From the sequence record OZ035760.1: a DNA stretch of 64,000 nt; one strand, given 5' to 3'. This stretch comes from Tequatrovirus NIC06P2. Below, piece by piece: positions 13,333-22,093 of this stretch. The notes beneath the pieces are model-generated. The model was not told the DNA's origin. It saw nothing but the letters and a program-made list of their open reading frames with translations, and did not search any database. How positions within the stretch are numbered: the first letter of the stretch is position 1; each line of letters starts with the position of its first letter. The position numbers and the translations under genes were made by a program.

Positions 13333-14463
13333 TTATGGATAGGTATAGATGATACCAGTTTCTAAAGCAGTTTTATGAATGATGTATCCATTACGCGATT
13401 CTTGGACATCAACTTCTGGATAATCTTTCATCATCTTCTGGAGAGTGTAACGATGCAAGTAGTACTTACTATCTGGATCGTCAGTTTTCCAATCTTTACC
13501 TTCTTCGGTCATTTTTTGGATTTCATCCATAACCCACCAACCGCACCAGATGTAAGCTGAAGTACGATGTGGAAGAGGATGGATATAAGGCAATTCACCT
13601 TCTGGTTCCGGAGCAACTTTATCAGTTACCTGAACTTGACCTGTTGTTTTAACTGTTTTGCTATCATAATCAGTTGCTGTAACGACAGCAGTAACTTCAA
13701 TAGTTTGACTTCCAACAGATGAGGTATCGACAGTATATACGTTAGTTGACCCTTCTACAGGAGAAGAATCTTTCTTCCATGAATATTCGATTTGTGCTTC
13801 TTCTGGAGCATCCGTAACATTAGCAGTAAATGTAGCCGAAGCATCTTGCTGAACGTTAATAGAAGGAGGAGTCAATGTAACCTGTGGATTCATTGTTTTC
13901 TTATTAACAGTCAATGATACTTCATTAGAAGTAACTTCCTTTTCATTGTAATTTTCTGCAGTTACTTGCGCTACACACTTAACTGTTTTAGCTCCAACTG
14001 TGGTAGGAGTATAGTTAAATGTAGTAGTAGTTTCTCCATCGACCAGAGAACCGTCAACATACCACTGATACGTAGCAGACGCTCCTGGTGGTTGAGAAGC
14101 TAAGGCAGCAGTAAATTCAATTGGAGTTCCAATCACTCCAGCATCAGGGCTACCAGGAGTTACAGCTAAGGTAGTTGTCTGTGTCTTATTTTGAACTGTG
14201 ATAGTTGTACTAATTTCAGCTGTTTCGGGACTATTATCGGCAACTTGATTTGTTGCAACTACTTTAATAGTCTTTTGACCGGCAGGTCCTTTTAGTACAT
14301 AACTAAAAGTTGCTGACGTTTCTTCCTGTGGAGCGTCGTCTACAGTCCAAGCATATGTAATAGGTCCATCTCCAGTTTGACCACTGGGTGTAGCAGTAAA
14401 CTGCTTGGTTTCATCAATAACCCCTGTCGGTGTTTTAGGAGTTATATCAACTGTAAAAGTCAT
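13333..14463 (-). CDS. hoc: Hoc, highly immunogenic outer capsid protein (Ig-like domains)
   Basis: 376 aa, Thr/Val-rich Ig-like repeats, recognised as T4 Hoc. Confidence 0.92.
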   Translation of the reverse strand: MTFTVDITPKTPTGVIDETKQFTATPSGQTGDGPITYAWTVDDAPQEETSATFSYVLKGPAGQKTIKVVATNQVADNSPETAEISTTITVQNKTQTTTLAVTPGSPDAGVIGTPIEFTAALASQPPGASATYQWYVDGSLVDGETTTTFNYTPTTVGAKTVKCVAQVTAENYNEKEVTSNEVSLTVNKKTMNPQVTLTPPSINVQQDASATFTANVTDAPEEAQIEYSWKKDSSPVEGSTNVYTVDTSSVGSQTIEVTAVVTATDYDSKTVKTTGQVQVTDKVAPEPEGELPYIHPLPHRTSAYIWCGWWVMDEIQKMTEEGKDWKTDDPDSKYYLHRYTLQKMMKDYPEVDVQESRNGYIIHKTALETGIIYTYP

Positions 14464-14472
14464 AAGTTATCC

Positions 14473-15153
14473 TTATTTTAATGTTACGAAAGAAGAATTA
14501 CGTGTTTCACGAATTAGAACTGATCCGTCGCGATTAATGTAATAAATTAAGCTAAATAAAGTTTGGTGTGCTGACGCATGCTCAAAACTTGTTGGGTGAG
14601 ATTTCCAATCCGGAGTTTCAGCAATCCATTGATAAATCCACCAAGGAACAGTGCAGAATCCTGGATTTTTTCCAATCAGCTGAAGATTCGGACTAAAGTT
14701 TTCCGGAAGAGTAAATACAGACGGCTTTTCAGATTCAATAATCTCAGCTACAGCTTGTTCAAACTTTTCTTCAACAAAGGGAGTGTCTTCAATCAAAACT
14801 GAGGTATTTTCAGGAATTTTATCCGTTTCTACTACTTCAATTTTAATATCAGATTTAACCGGAGAATCAATCAGAAGTGCTGCTTCTGGATTGACTTCTT
14901 CATCGTCATATTTTAATCCCTCTGCGGCATCAGCAGCATCAATTAAGTCTTTAATAGATAACCCATCAGTCTCTGGCATAGGTTCACTAGCGAGCTTCTG
15001 GAGGGCTTCTTCAATATCAGCAACGATATTATCAAAAGATTTATTCTTTTTGACCTTTATACCAAACTGTTCAGCGTATTCAGCTAATTTAGCTTTAGCT
15101 TCTTTGTTATCATCAAGAGCCTTCAGCTCTGCAATATAATCTTTATCTATCAT
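14473..15153 (-). CDS. inh: Inh, inhibitor of prohead protease
   Basis: 226 aa, same length and position as T4 inh (hoc.1). Confidence 0.8.
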   Translation of the reverse strand: MIDKDYIAELKALDDNKEAKAKLAEYAEQFGIKVKKNKSFDNIVADIEEALQKLASEPMPETDGLSIKDLIDAADAAEGLKYDDEEVNPEAALLIDSPVKSDIKIEVVETDKIPENTSVLIEDTPFVEEKFEQAVAEIIESEKPSVFTLPENFSPNLQLIGKNPGFCTVPWWIYQWIAETPDWKSHPTSFEHASAHQTLFSLIYYINRDGSVLIRETRNSSFVTLK

Positions 15154-15166
15154 AATATTTCCTCAG

Positions 15167-15174
15167 TATAAATA
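15167..15174 (+). promoter_or_regulatory. Late promoter TATAAATA upstream of uvsW
   Basis: Exact consensus 30 nt before the uvsW ATG. Confidence 0.55.
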
Positions 15175-15203
15175 TAGATATATTTATTACATGGTATTTA
15201 GAC

Positions 15204-16715
15204 ATGACTGACATTAAAGTACATTTTTATGATTTTAGTCACGTGAGAATTGATTGTGAAGAAAGTACATTTCATGAACTCCGTGATTTCTTTAGCTTTG
15301 AAGCTGATGGGTATCGTTTTAATCCGAAGTACAGATATGGCCACTGGGATGGACGAATCCGTCTTTTAGATTATAATCGTCTTCTTCCATTCGGCTTAGT
15401 CGGGCAAATTAAAAAGTTCTGTGATAACTTTGGCTATAAAGCCTGGATTGACCCACAAATTAACGAAAAAGAAGAATTATCAAGAAAAGATTTTGATGAA
15501 TGGCTTTCTAAATTAGAAATCTATTCAGGAAATAAAAGAATTGAACCGCACTGGTATCAAAAAGATGCAGTGTTCGAAGGATTAGTTAATCGTCGTAGAA
15601 TTCTTAATCTTCCAACATCTGCAGGTAAATCTTTAATTCAAGCTTTGCTTGCACGTTATTATTTGGAAAATTATGAAGGTAAAATTCTTATCATTGTTCC
15701 AACAACTGCTCTGACAACTCAGATGGCTGATGACTTCGTCGACTATCGTTTATTCAGCCATGCAATGATAAAGAAAATTGGCGGCGGAGCATCAAAAGAT
15801 GATAAATATAAAAATGATGCACCAGTCGTTGTTGGTACATGGCAAACTGTAGTTAAACAACCAAAAGAATGGTTCTCACAGTTTGGAATGATGATGAATG
15901 ATGAATGCCATCTTGCTACAGGAAAAAGTATTTCATCTATCATATCAGGTTTAAATAACTGCATGTTCAAATTCGGTTTGTCTGGTTCATTACGTGATGG
16001 CAAAGCCAATATCATGCAGTATGTTGGAATGTTTGGTGAAATATTTAAGCCAGTAACGACTTCTAAATTAATGGAAGATGGACAAGTAACTGAGCTAAAA
16101 ATTAATAGTATTTTTCTTCGCTATCCCGATGAGTTCACTACTAAATTAAAGGGAAAAACTTACCAAGAAGAAATAAAAATTATTACTGGGCTCAGTAAAA
16201 GAAATAAATGGATCGCTAAATTAGCTATTAAGCTTGCGCAAAAAGATGAAAACGCTTTTGTCATGTTTAAACATGTATCGCATGGTAAAGCTATTTTCGA
16301 TTTAATTAAAAATGAATACGATAAAGTTTATTACGTATCAGGGGAAGTTGATACCGAAACCCGCAATATAATGAAAACCTTAGCTGAAAATGGTAAAGGA
16401 ATAATTATAGTAGCGAGTTATGGTGTATTTTCTACTGGTATTTCAGTTAAAAATCTGCATCATGTTGTTTTAGCGCACGGCGTTAAATCTAAAATTATCG
16501 TATTGCAAACAATCGGTCGTGTATTACGTAAGCATGGTTCTAAAACAATCGCAACGGTCTGGGACCTCATAGATGACGCGGGCGTAGTTTCTAAATCAAA
16601 AACATCTTCTAAAAAATACTCGCATTTAAACTATCTTTTAAAACATGGACTTGATCGTATTCAGCGTTATGCTGATGAGAAGTTTAATTATGTGATGAAA
16701 GAGGTTAAACTTTGA
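15204..16715 (+). CDS. uvsW: UvsW SF2 DNA helicase
   Basis: 503 aa, helicase motifs PTSAGKS and DECH, recognised as T4 UvsW; late promoter upstream. Confidence 0.92.
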   Translation: MTDIKVHFYDFSHVRIDCEESTFHELRDFFSFEADGYRFNPKYRYGHWDGRIRLLDYNRLLPFGLVGQIKKFCDNFGYKAWIDPQINEKEELSRKDFDEWLSKLEIYSGNKRIEPHWYQKDAVFEGLVNRRRILNLPTSAGKSLIQALLARYYLENYEGKILIIVPTTALTTQMADDFVDYRLFSHAMIKKIGGGASKDDKYKNDAPVVVGTWQTVVKQPKEWFSQFGMMMNDECHLATGKSISSIISGLNNCMFKFGLSGSLRDGKANIMQYVGMFGEIFKPVTTSKLMEDGQVTELKINSIFLRYPDEFTTKLKGKTYQEEIKIITGLSKRNKWIAKLAIKLAQKDENAFVMFKHVSHGKAIFDLIKNEYDKVYYVSGEVDTETRNIMKTLAENGKGIIIVASYGVFSTGISVKNLHHVVLAHGVKSKIIVLQTIGRVLRKHGSKTIATVWDLIDDAGVVSKSKTSSKKYSHLNYLLKHGLDRIQRYADEKFNYVMKEVKL

Positions 16716-17404
16716 ATTATAAATTAATATACGATAATTTAATTAATAGAGCCCAGAATCGGGCTCGCCTTAATGGATACACTGAAACTCATCATATAAT
16801 TCCTAGATGTATGGGCGGTACAGATGATAAGTGTAATTTGGTAGAACTAACAGCTGAAGAGCATTTTATAGCTCATAAACTTTTAGCTAAAATTCATCCA
16901 AACCATTACGGTATAATTAAAGCCGTTATATGTATGGGGATGAATTCAAAGACTCATGAAAGACACGTTAATAAATCTTACGCCTGGGAACGTCGTAAAA
17001 TGGCAGAACTTCAATCAGGTGAAGGTAATCCATTTTACGGAAAACACCATACGGAAGAACATAAACAATATATGTCAAAACTCATGAAAAATCGTCCAAT
17101 TACGTGGGGAAGTAAAATTAGTAAAACTAAAAGAATGAACCCAACAAAATGGACTGAAGAAGCTAAAAGATTGCATTCTATCAATCAATCAGGTAAAAAT
17201 AATGGCATGTATGGAAGGAAACATTCCGCTAAATCTATTCAGAAAATTAAAGATAACATGCCAGATAATTCAGGAGCTAATAACCCAGCTGCTAAACCTA
17301 TAGAAGTAAATGGTGTTAAGTATAAATGCATGAAAGATGCTTCTAAAGCTACTGGATTATCAATGTACAAACTAAGAATACTTAGAAAAACAGTTAATTT
17401 ATAA
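16712..17404 (+). CDS. Free-standing HNH homing endonuclease with NUMOD3-like repeats; probable TTG start
   Basis: 230 aa; HNH motif THHIIPRCMGG...NLVELTAEEHFIAHK; repeats NPFYGKHHTEEHK and NNGMYGRKHSAKS; no ATG before codon 35. Confidence 0.8.
   Translation: MNYKLIYDNLINRAQNRARLNGYTETHHIIPRCMGGTDDKCNLVELTAEEHFIAHKLLAKIHPNHYGIIKAVICMGMNSKTHERHVNKSYAWERRKMAELQSGEGNPFYGKHHTEEHKQYMSKLMKNRPITWGSKISKTKRMNPTKWTEEAKRLHSINQSGKNNGMYGRKHSAKSIQKIKDNMPDNSGANNPAAKPIEVNGVKYKCMKDASKATGLSMYKLRILRKTVNL
16712..17404 (+). mobile_element. Free-standing homing endonuclease gene inserted between uvsW and uvsW.1
   Basis: HNH endonuclease ORF at a junction where, as I recall, T4 has no such gene. Confidence 0.6.
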
Positions 17405-17416
17405 GGGCTTCGGCCC
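17405..17416 (+). other. GC hairpin GGGC-UUCG-GCCC immediately after the HNH gene stop
   Basis: 4-bp GC stem with UUCG loop, then TTT and the uvsW.1 RBS. Confidence 0.4.
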
Positions 17417-17429
17417 TTTGGAGAAAAAG

Positions 17430-17624
17430 ATGTTACTAGGATTTAAACAATTTCTTTATGAAGCTTCTATTGATGAATTTATGGGTAAAATTGCCTCTTG
17501 TCAAACATTAGAAGGTTTAGAAGAACTTGAAGCTTATTATAAGAAAAGAGTCAAAGAAACTGAATTAAAAGATACTGATGACATCTCTGTAAGAGATGCT
17601 TTGGCAGGAAAAGAGCTGAATTAG
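17430..17624 (+). CDS. uvsW.1: UvsW.1-like small helical protein
   Basis: ORF track starts at TTG 17418; ATG 17430 with RBS GGAG at 17420-17423 preferred; position matches T4 uvsW.1. Confidence 0.6.
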   Translation: MLLGFKQFLYEASIDEFMGKIASCQTLEGLEELEAYYKKRVKETELKDTDDISVRDALAGKELN

Positions 17625-17715
17625 AAGATTCAGACGATGAAGTAGAAGAAAGCTTTTAAATTAAAAAAAGGCCCAACCAAAAAGGAAGGGCCAAAACTAT
17701 AGACTAAAGGTCACA

Positions 17716-17883
17716 CTATAGCAAAAGTTGTGTTTCATTTAATTGTTCTTCCGAACTTTCTGAAACTGGTAGTTCTTTAATGTAATTATAGCAAGGCCCA
17801 GGATGTACAGGACCTTTGTCTGTTTCAACAACCAATGCAGAATCGATTGGAGTTTTACAGACAACACAAATCTTATCTGACAT
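17716..17883 (-). CDS. uvsY.-2: Small Cys-containing protein (uvsY.-2-like), 55 aa
   Basis: Minus-strand ORF MSDKICVVCKTPIDS..., below the track length cutoff; synteny. Confidence 0.4.
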   Translation of the reverse strand: MSDKICVVCKTPIDSALVVETDKGPVHPGPCYNYIKELPVSESSEEQLNETQLLL

Positions 17884-17911
17884 GATTGTCTCCTCTGAAT
17901 TATATATCTAT

Positions 17912-18136
17912 TTATACAACTCTCATATGCATATCAATGCCCATATCTTTAGAATAAAAATATTCATCAAGATATCCGGCAAATTTTCCTTTAATATAAA
18001 GGACATCTTCACCACATGGGTGGTCGGCCAGGATACGAATATCCTGACGCTTAAGATTATACTTTTTCATTAAGAATTGAATTTCCGTTTCAAATTCTTC
18101 TTCATAATTAAAAGCATCATCAATGCTATATCTCAT
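17912..18136 (-). CDS. uvsY.-1: Hypothetical protein (uvsY.-1-like)
   Basis: 74-aa ORF directly upstream of uvsY. Confidence 0.6.
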   Translation of the reverse strand: MRYSIDDAFNYEEEFETEIQFLMKKYNLKRQDIRILADHPCGEDVLYIKGKFAGYLDEYFYSKDMGIDMHMRVV

Positions 18137-18549
18137 TATTTTCCAGCCTCAAATGCTCGCATGTCTTGAATATGCTTAATAGCAAATCCACGTGATTTAA
18201 TAGCATCAAGAGCTCCGCTACAGAAATCCAATAAAATCCCCCAATACTGTAACGAGGTATCAACCTTTAAAACATCCTTATCAGCTGATAAAACTGTCTT
18301 CATTTCTGATTTCTCATAGCGGTCCATACTAAATTCATCACCATCTCCTCGTCCCGAGTAGTAGTCTAATCTAGCTTTAAGAGCAACTTTTTTCTGTGCG
18401 TCAATTCTAAGCATTTCCTTTTTAATACTTGAATGCTTATTAAGCCATTTACTATATAACATCACATTATTAGCTGCTTCATACTGTAATTTAGTCGAAT
18501 CTATAAACACATCTTTCTTCAATTCTTCTTGAAGATCTTCTAATCTCAT
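18136..18549 (-). CDS. uvsY: UvsY recombination mediator protein
   Basis: 137 aa, same length as T4 UvsY; synteny. Confidence 0.9.
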   Translation of the reverse strand: MRLEDLQEELKKDVFIDSTKLQYEAANNVMLYSKWLNKHSSIKKEMLRIDAQKKVALKARLDYYSGRGDGDEFSMDRYEKSEMKTVLSADKDVLKVDTSLQYWGILLDFCSGALDAIKSRGFAIKHIQDMRAFEAGK

Positions 18550-18615
18550 ATTGTTCTCTATTCAATTGTTATTGGATGGACTTAGATTCATTATACCACG
18601 TTTTAACGTGAAGCA

Positions 18616-19014
18616 TTATACTCTATTACTGGAAGCCAGCTGCAGTTTTATCTGCTCAATATCATCAGGGTTATCGATGACCGAAAAGCGTATTTCTACT
18701 ATTAGAGTATAATCGTCATAAACGGGTATCACATTAACTGATAATTTATCAATACGTGGCTCATAGTTTCTTACTGCGCTTTCAATATTGCGCTCAACTG
18801 TGTCAGCAGTAAGAGGAGTCATATTTTCAAAAAGCTGGTCTGATAAATCACATCCAAATTCAGGGTCAAACGGTCTTGAACCTTTTCTTGTTGTAATAAT
18901 TCCCAAAAGACTGTTTTTAATTGACCTTAATCCAAGTGATCTGGAAACATCTTTGTTCCAATCCATTTTCATTTCCGGGTCAATATCAGAATAAAGCTTA
19001 TTAATATTTGCCAT
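18616..19014 (-). CDS. 25: Baseplate wedge protein gp25
   Basis: 132 aa, recognised as T4 gp25. Confidence 0.92.
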   Translation of the reverse strand: MANINKLYSDIDPEMKMDWNKDVSRSLGLRSIKNSLLGIITTRKGSRPFDPEFGCDLSDQLFENMTPLTADTVERNIESAVRNYEPRIDKLSVNVIPVYDDYTLIVEIRFSVIDNPDDIEQIKLQLASSNRV

Positions 19015-19640
19015 TATAGTAACTCAAAGAACTCTTTGAGGCCTCTTATTACGTGAGCATGGGTTTTTCCACACTCTGGACACTTAATTGGAACAGCCAA
19101 ATAAACGGTAGGTTTTAAAAGCATATCTTTTATAGCTACAATATCTGACTCTGTGATGATAGAATATAAATCTTCCAGTTCTTTTTCATTTAAGTCTTCA
19201 ACTGGAATGCTTTCCCCGTTAGCATGAATCGTTTCTATACATGATACTATCATGTGGGCTATATTTTTATCATCAAAAATTTTAGGGTAATGGAATTTAA
19301 TTTTAATGTCACCCAGTGTATACCAGAGGTCTTCTGGTGCATCTATTTGTGTATGTAATAGATTTATATGGGTTGGTATTTCAGTTCCACAGGTGCACTT
19401 CCAGGAGTTTTCGTGATTAACTTCGCCGAGAGAATGTGCCCATAAATGAATCAGCAGTAGTTCTGATTCTTGGCGGTTTAAATCTTTTGCATTTGTGCAG
19501 TCTTTGATTAGCTTTTTAACAATTACTTCTACAGAACCATTATTTTTGGCAGTAATAAGTTCTAGATATTCTTTAAGCGTGAATGCGCGACAATTGATTA
19601 TTTTAGAACCAACTCTCACATCAAATTTGTATTCATACAT
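19014..19640 (-). CDS. 26: Baseplate hub protein gp26
   Basis: 208 aa, synteny and length match T4 gp26. Confidence 0.9.
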   Translation of the reverse strand: MYEYKFDVRVGSKIINCRAFTLKEYLELITAKNNGSVEVIVKKLIKDCTNAKDLNRQESELLLIHLWAHSLGEVNHENSWKCTCGTEIPTHINLLHTQIDAPEDLWYTLGDIKIKFHYPKIFDDKNIAHMIVSCIETIHANGESIPVEDLNEKELEDLYSIITESDIVAIKDMLLKPTVYLAVPIKCPECGKTHAHVIRGLKEFFELL

Positions 19641-19661
19641 ATTTAGCTCCTTTATTTATCA

Positions 19662-19669
19662 TATTTATA
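19662..19669 (-). promoter_or_regulatory. Late promoter TATAAATA for gene 26 (minus strand)
   Basis: Minus-strand half of the palindrome TATTTATAAATA at 19662-19673; RBS AAGGAG follows. Confidence 0.55.
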
Positions 19670-19673
19670 AATA
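19666..19673 (+). promoter_or_regulatory. Late promoter TATAAATA for gene 51 (plus strand)
   Basis: Plus-strand half of the same palindrome; RBS AAGGAG follows. Confidence 0.55.
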
Positions 19674-19690
19674 GAATAAAAGGAGCATCT

Positions 19691-20440
19691 ATGGCAAACA
19701 TTATTCGTTGTAAATTACCAGATGGTGTTCATCGTTTTAAACCATTTACGGTAGAAGATTATCGAGATTTTTTGTTAGTTCGAAACGATATAGAACATCG
19801 GTCACCACAAGAACAAAAAGAAATAATTACTGATTTAATTGATGATTATTTTGGAGACTATCCGAAGACTTGGCAATCATTTATATTTTTGCAGGTATTT
19901 GTAGGGTCAATAGGTAAAACAAAAGTACCAGTCACATTCGTATGTCCAAAATGTAAAAAAGAAAAGACAGTTCCATTTGAAATATATCAAAAAGAATTAA
20001 AGGAACCTGTTTTTGATGTAGCTAATGTTAAAATTAAATTAAAGTTTCCTTCTGAGTTTTATGAAAATAAAGCAAAGATGATTACTGAAAATATTCATTC
20101 CGTTCAAGTAGATGAAATGTGGTATGACTGGAAGGAAATTAGCGAATCAAGTCAAATAGAACTTGTTGATGCCATCGAGATAGAAACATTAGAAAAAATT
20201 CTCGATGCAATGAATCCTATTAATTTAACATTACATATGTCATGTTGTAATAAGTATGTAAAAAAATACACTGATATAGTAGATGTGTTTAAGCTATTAG
20301 TTAACCCAGATGAAATATTTACTTTTTATCAAATTAATCACACACTCGTAAAAAGTAATTATAGCTTAAATTCAATAATGAAAATGATTCCTGCTGAGCG
20401 CGGATTCGTATTAAAACTGATTGAGAAGGATAAACAATAA
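19691..20440 (+). CDS. 51: Baseplate hub assembly protein gp51
   Basis: 249 aa, divergent from gene 26 as in T4. Confidence 0.9.
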   Translation: MANIIRCKLPDGVHRFKPFTVEDYRDFLLVRNDIEHRSPQEQKEIITDLIDDYFGDYPKTWQSFIFLQVFVGSIGKTKVPVTFVCPKCKKEKTVPFEIYQKELKEPVFDVANVKIKLKFPSEFYENKAKMITENIHSVQVDEMWYDWKEISESSQIELVDAIEIETLEKILDAMNPINLTLHMSCCNKYVKKYTDIVDVFKLLVNPDEIFTFYQINHTLVKSNYSLNSIMKMIPAERGFVLKLIEKDKQ

Positions 20441-21615
20441 TGAGTATGTTGCAACGCCCAGGATATCCAAATCTCAGCGTTAAATTATTTGATAGCTACG
20501 ACGCTTGGAGTAATAATAGATTTGTTGAATTAGCTGCTACTATTACTACATTAACTATGCGGGATTCTCTTTATGGCCGAAATGAAGGAATGCTGCAGTT
20601 TTATGATTCTAAAAACATCCATACAAAAATGGATGGAAATGAAATAATTCAGATTTCTGTAGCTAATGCAAATGATATTAATAATGTTAAAACACGAATT
20701 TATGGATGTAAGCATTTTTCCGTGTCAGTAGATTCAAAAGGTGATAACATCATTGCTATTGAATTGGGAACTATTCATTCTATAGAAAATCTTAAATTCG
20801 GTAGACCATTTTTCCCTGATGCAGGTGAATCTATAAAAGAAATGCTTGGTGTCATTTATCAGGATCGCACATTATTAACTCCAGCAATAAATGCTATAAA
20901 TGCTTATGTTCCTGATATTCCATGGACTAGCACATTTGAAAACTATTTGTCATATGTAAGAGAAGTTGCTCTAGCTGTAGGAAGCGACAAATTTGTATTT
21001 GTATGGCAAGACATCATGGGAGTTAACATGATGGACTATGATATGATGATAAATCAAGAACCATACCCAATGATTGTCGGTGAGCCATCTTTAATAGGTC
21101 AATTCATCCAAGAATTAAAATATCCATTAGCATATGATTTCGTTTGGTTGACTAAATCGAATCCTCACAAACGTGACCCAATGAAAAATGCTACTATCTA
21201 TGCTCATTCATTTTTAGATTCTTCACTGCCAATGATTACTACAGGAAAGGGTGAAAACTCTATTGTAGTGTCAAGGTCAGGTGCTTATTCTGAAATGACT
21301 TATAGGAATGGCTATGAAGAAGCTATTCGTCTTCAAACTATGGCACAATATGACGGCTATGCTAAATGTTCTACTGTCGGCAATTTTAACTTGACTCCTG
21401 GTGTTAAAATTATTTTTAATGATAGTAAAAACCAATTTAAAACAGAATTTTACGTTGATGAAGTTATCCACGAATTATCTAATAATAATTCAGTAACTCA
21501 TCTATATATGTTCACTAATGCAACGAAACTGGAAACAATAGACCCAGTTAAGGTTAAAAATGAATTTAAATCTGATACTACCACTGAAGAAAGTAGTTCT
21601 TCCAATAAGCAATAA
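20440..21615 (+). CDS. 27: Baseplate hub protein gp27
   Basis: 391 aa, recognised as T4 gp27. Confidence 0.92.
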   Translation: MSMLQRPGYPNLSVKLFDSYDAWSNNRFVELAATITTLTMRDSLYGRNEGMLQFYDSKNIHTKMDGNEIIQISVANANDINNVKTRIYGCKHFSVSVDSKGDNIIAIELGTIHSIENLKFGRPFFPDAGESIKEMLGVIYQDRTLLTPAINAINAYVPDIPWTSTFENYLSYVREVALAVGSDKFVFVWQDIMGVNMMDYDMMINQEPYPMIVGEPSLIGQFIQELKYPLAYDFVWLTKSNPHKRDPMKNATIYAHSFLDSSLPMITTGKGENSIVVSRSGAYSEMTYRNGYEEAIRLQTMAQYDGYAKCSTVGNFNLTPGVKIIFNDSKNQFKTEFYVDEVIHELSNNNSVTHLYMFTNATKLETIDPVKVKNEFKSDTTTEESSSSNKQ

Positions 21616-22093
21616 AGAAGTTTCTATTCCTAAAATGGGTCTTAAACACTATAACATTTTAAAAGATGTTAAAGGTCCTGATGAAAATTTAAAACTTCTT
21701 ATTGATTCTATTTGTCCGAATTTATCACCGGCAGAAGTTGATTTCGTTTCTATTCATCTATTGGAATTTAATGGAAAGATTAAATCTCGTAAAGAAATAG
21801 ATGGTTATACTTATGACATTAATGATGTTTATGTATGCCAAAGATTGGAATTTCAATACCAAGGAAATACATTTTATTTTAGACCTCCTGGAAAATTTGA
21901 ACAATTTTTAACGGTGAGCGATATGTTATCTAAATGCTTGCTTAAGGTCAATGATGAAGTTAAAGAAATTAATTTTCTTGAGATGCCAGCATTCGTTTTA
22001 AAATGGGCAAATGATATTTTTACAACTTTAGCAATTCCTGGCCCTAATGGTCCAATAACTGGAATTGGCAATATTATTGGATTATTTGAATGA
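21560..22093 (+). CDS. 28: Baseplate hub distal subunit gp28
   Basis: 177 aa, overlaps the gene 27 end as in T4. Confidence 0.88.
   Translation: MNLNLILPLKKVVLPISNKEVSIPKMGLKHYNILKDVKGPDENLKLLIDSICPNLSPAEVDFVSIHLLEFNGKIKSRKEIDGYTYDINDVYVCQRLEFQYQGNTFYFRPPGKFEQFLTVSDMLSKCLLKVNDEVKEINFLEMPAFVLKWANDIFTTLAIPGPNGPITGIGNIIGLFE

Noticed and set aside
14783-15139. 118-aa plus-strand ORF inside inh
   Set aside because: Lies entirely inside the well-supported minus-strand inh gene; low-complexity Ser/Ala translation, no RBS.
16701-16720. Possible -1 frameshift fusion of UvsW to the HNH endonuclease
   Set aside because: The HNH frame is -1 relative to uvsW and overlaps its stop, but there is no slippery heptamer or downstream pseudoknot; TTG initiation is the simpler reading.
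17418-17429. TTG start proposed by the ORF track for uvsW.1
   Set aside because: An in-frame ATG at 17430 has a well-spaced GGAG RBS (17420-17423); the TTG would put the start inside the RBS.
17640-17700. Possible terminator (GGCCC ... GGGCC) after uvsW.1
   Set aside because: The loop is 13 nt and no U-run follows on either strand; too weak to call.
17816-18073. 85-aa plus-strand ORF
   Set aside because: Overlaps the minus-strand uvsY.-1 and uvsY.-2 ORFs that fit T4 synteny; no RBS and hydrophobic low-complexity translation.
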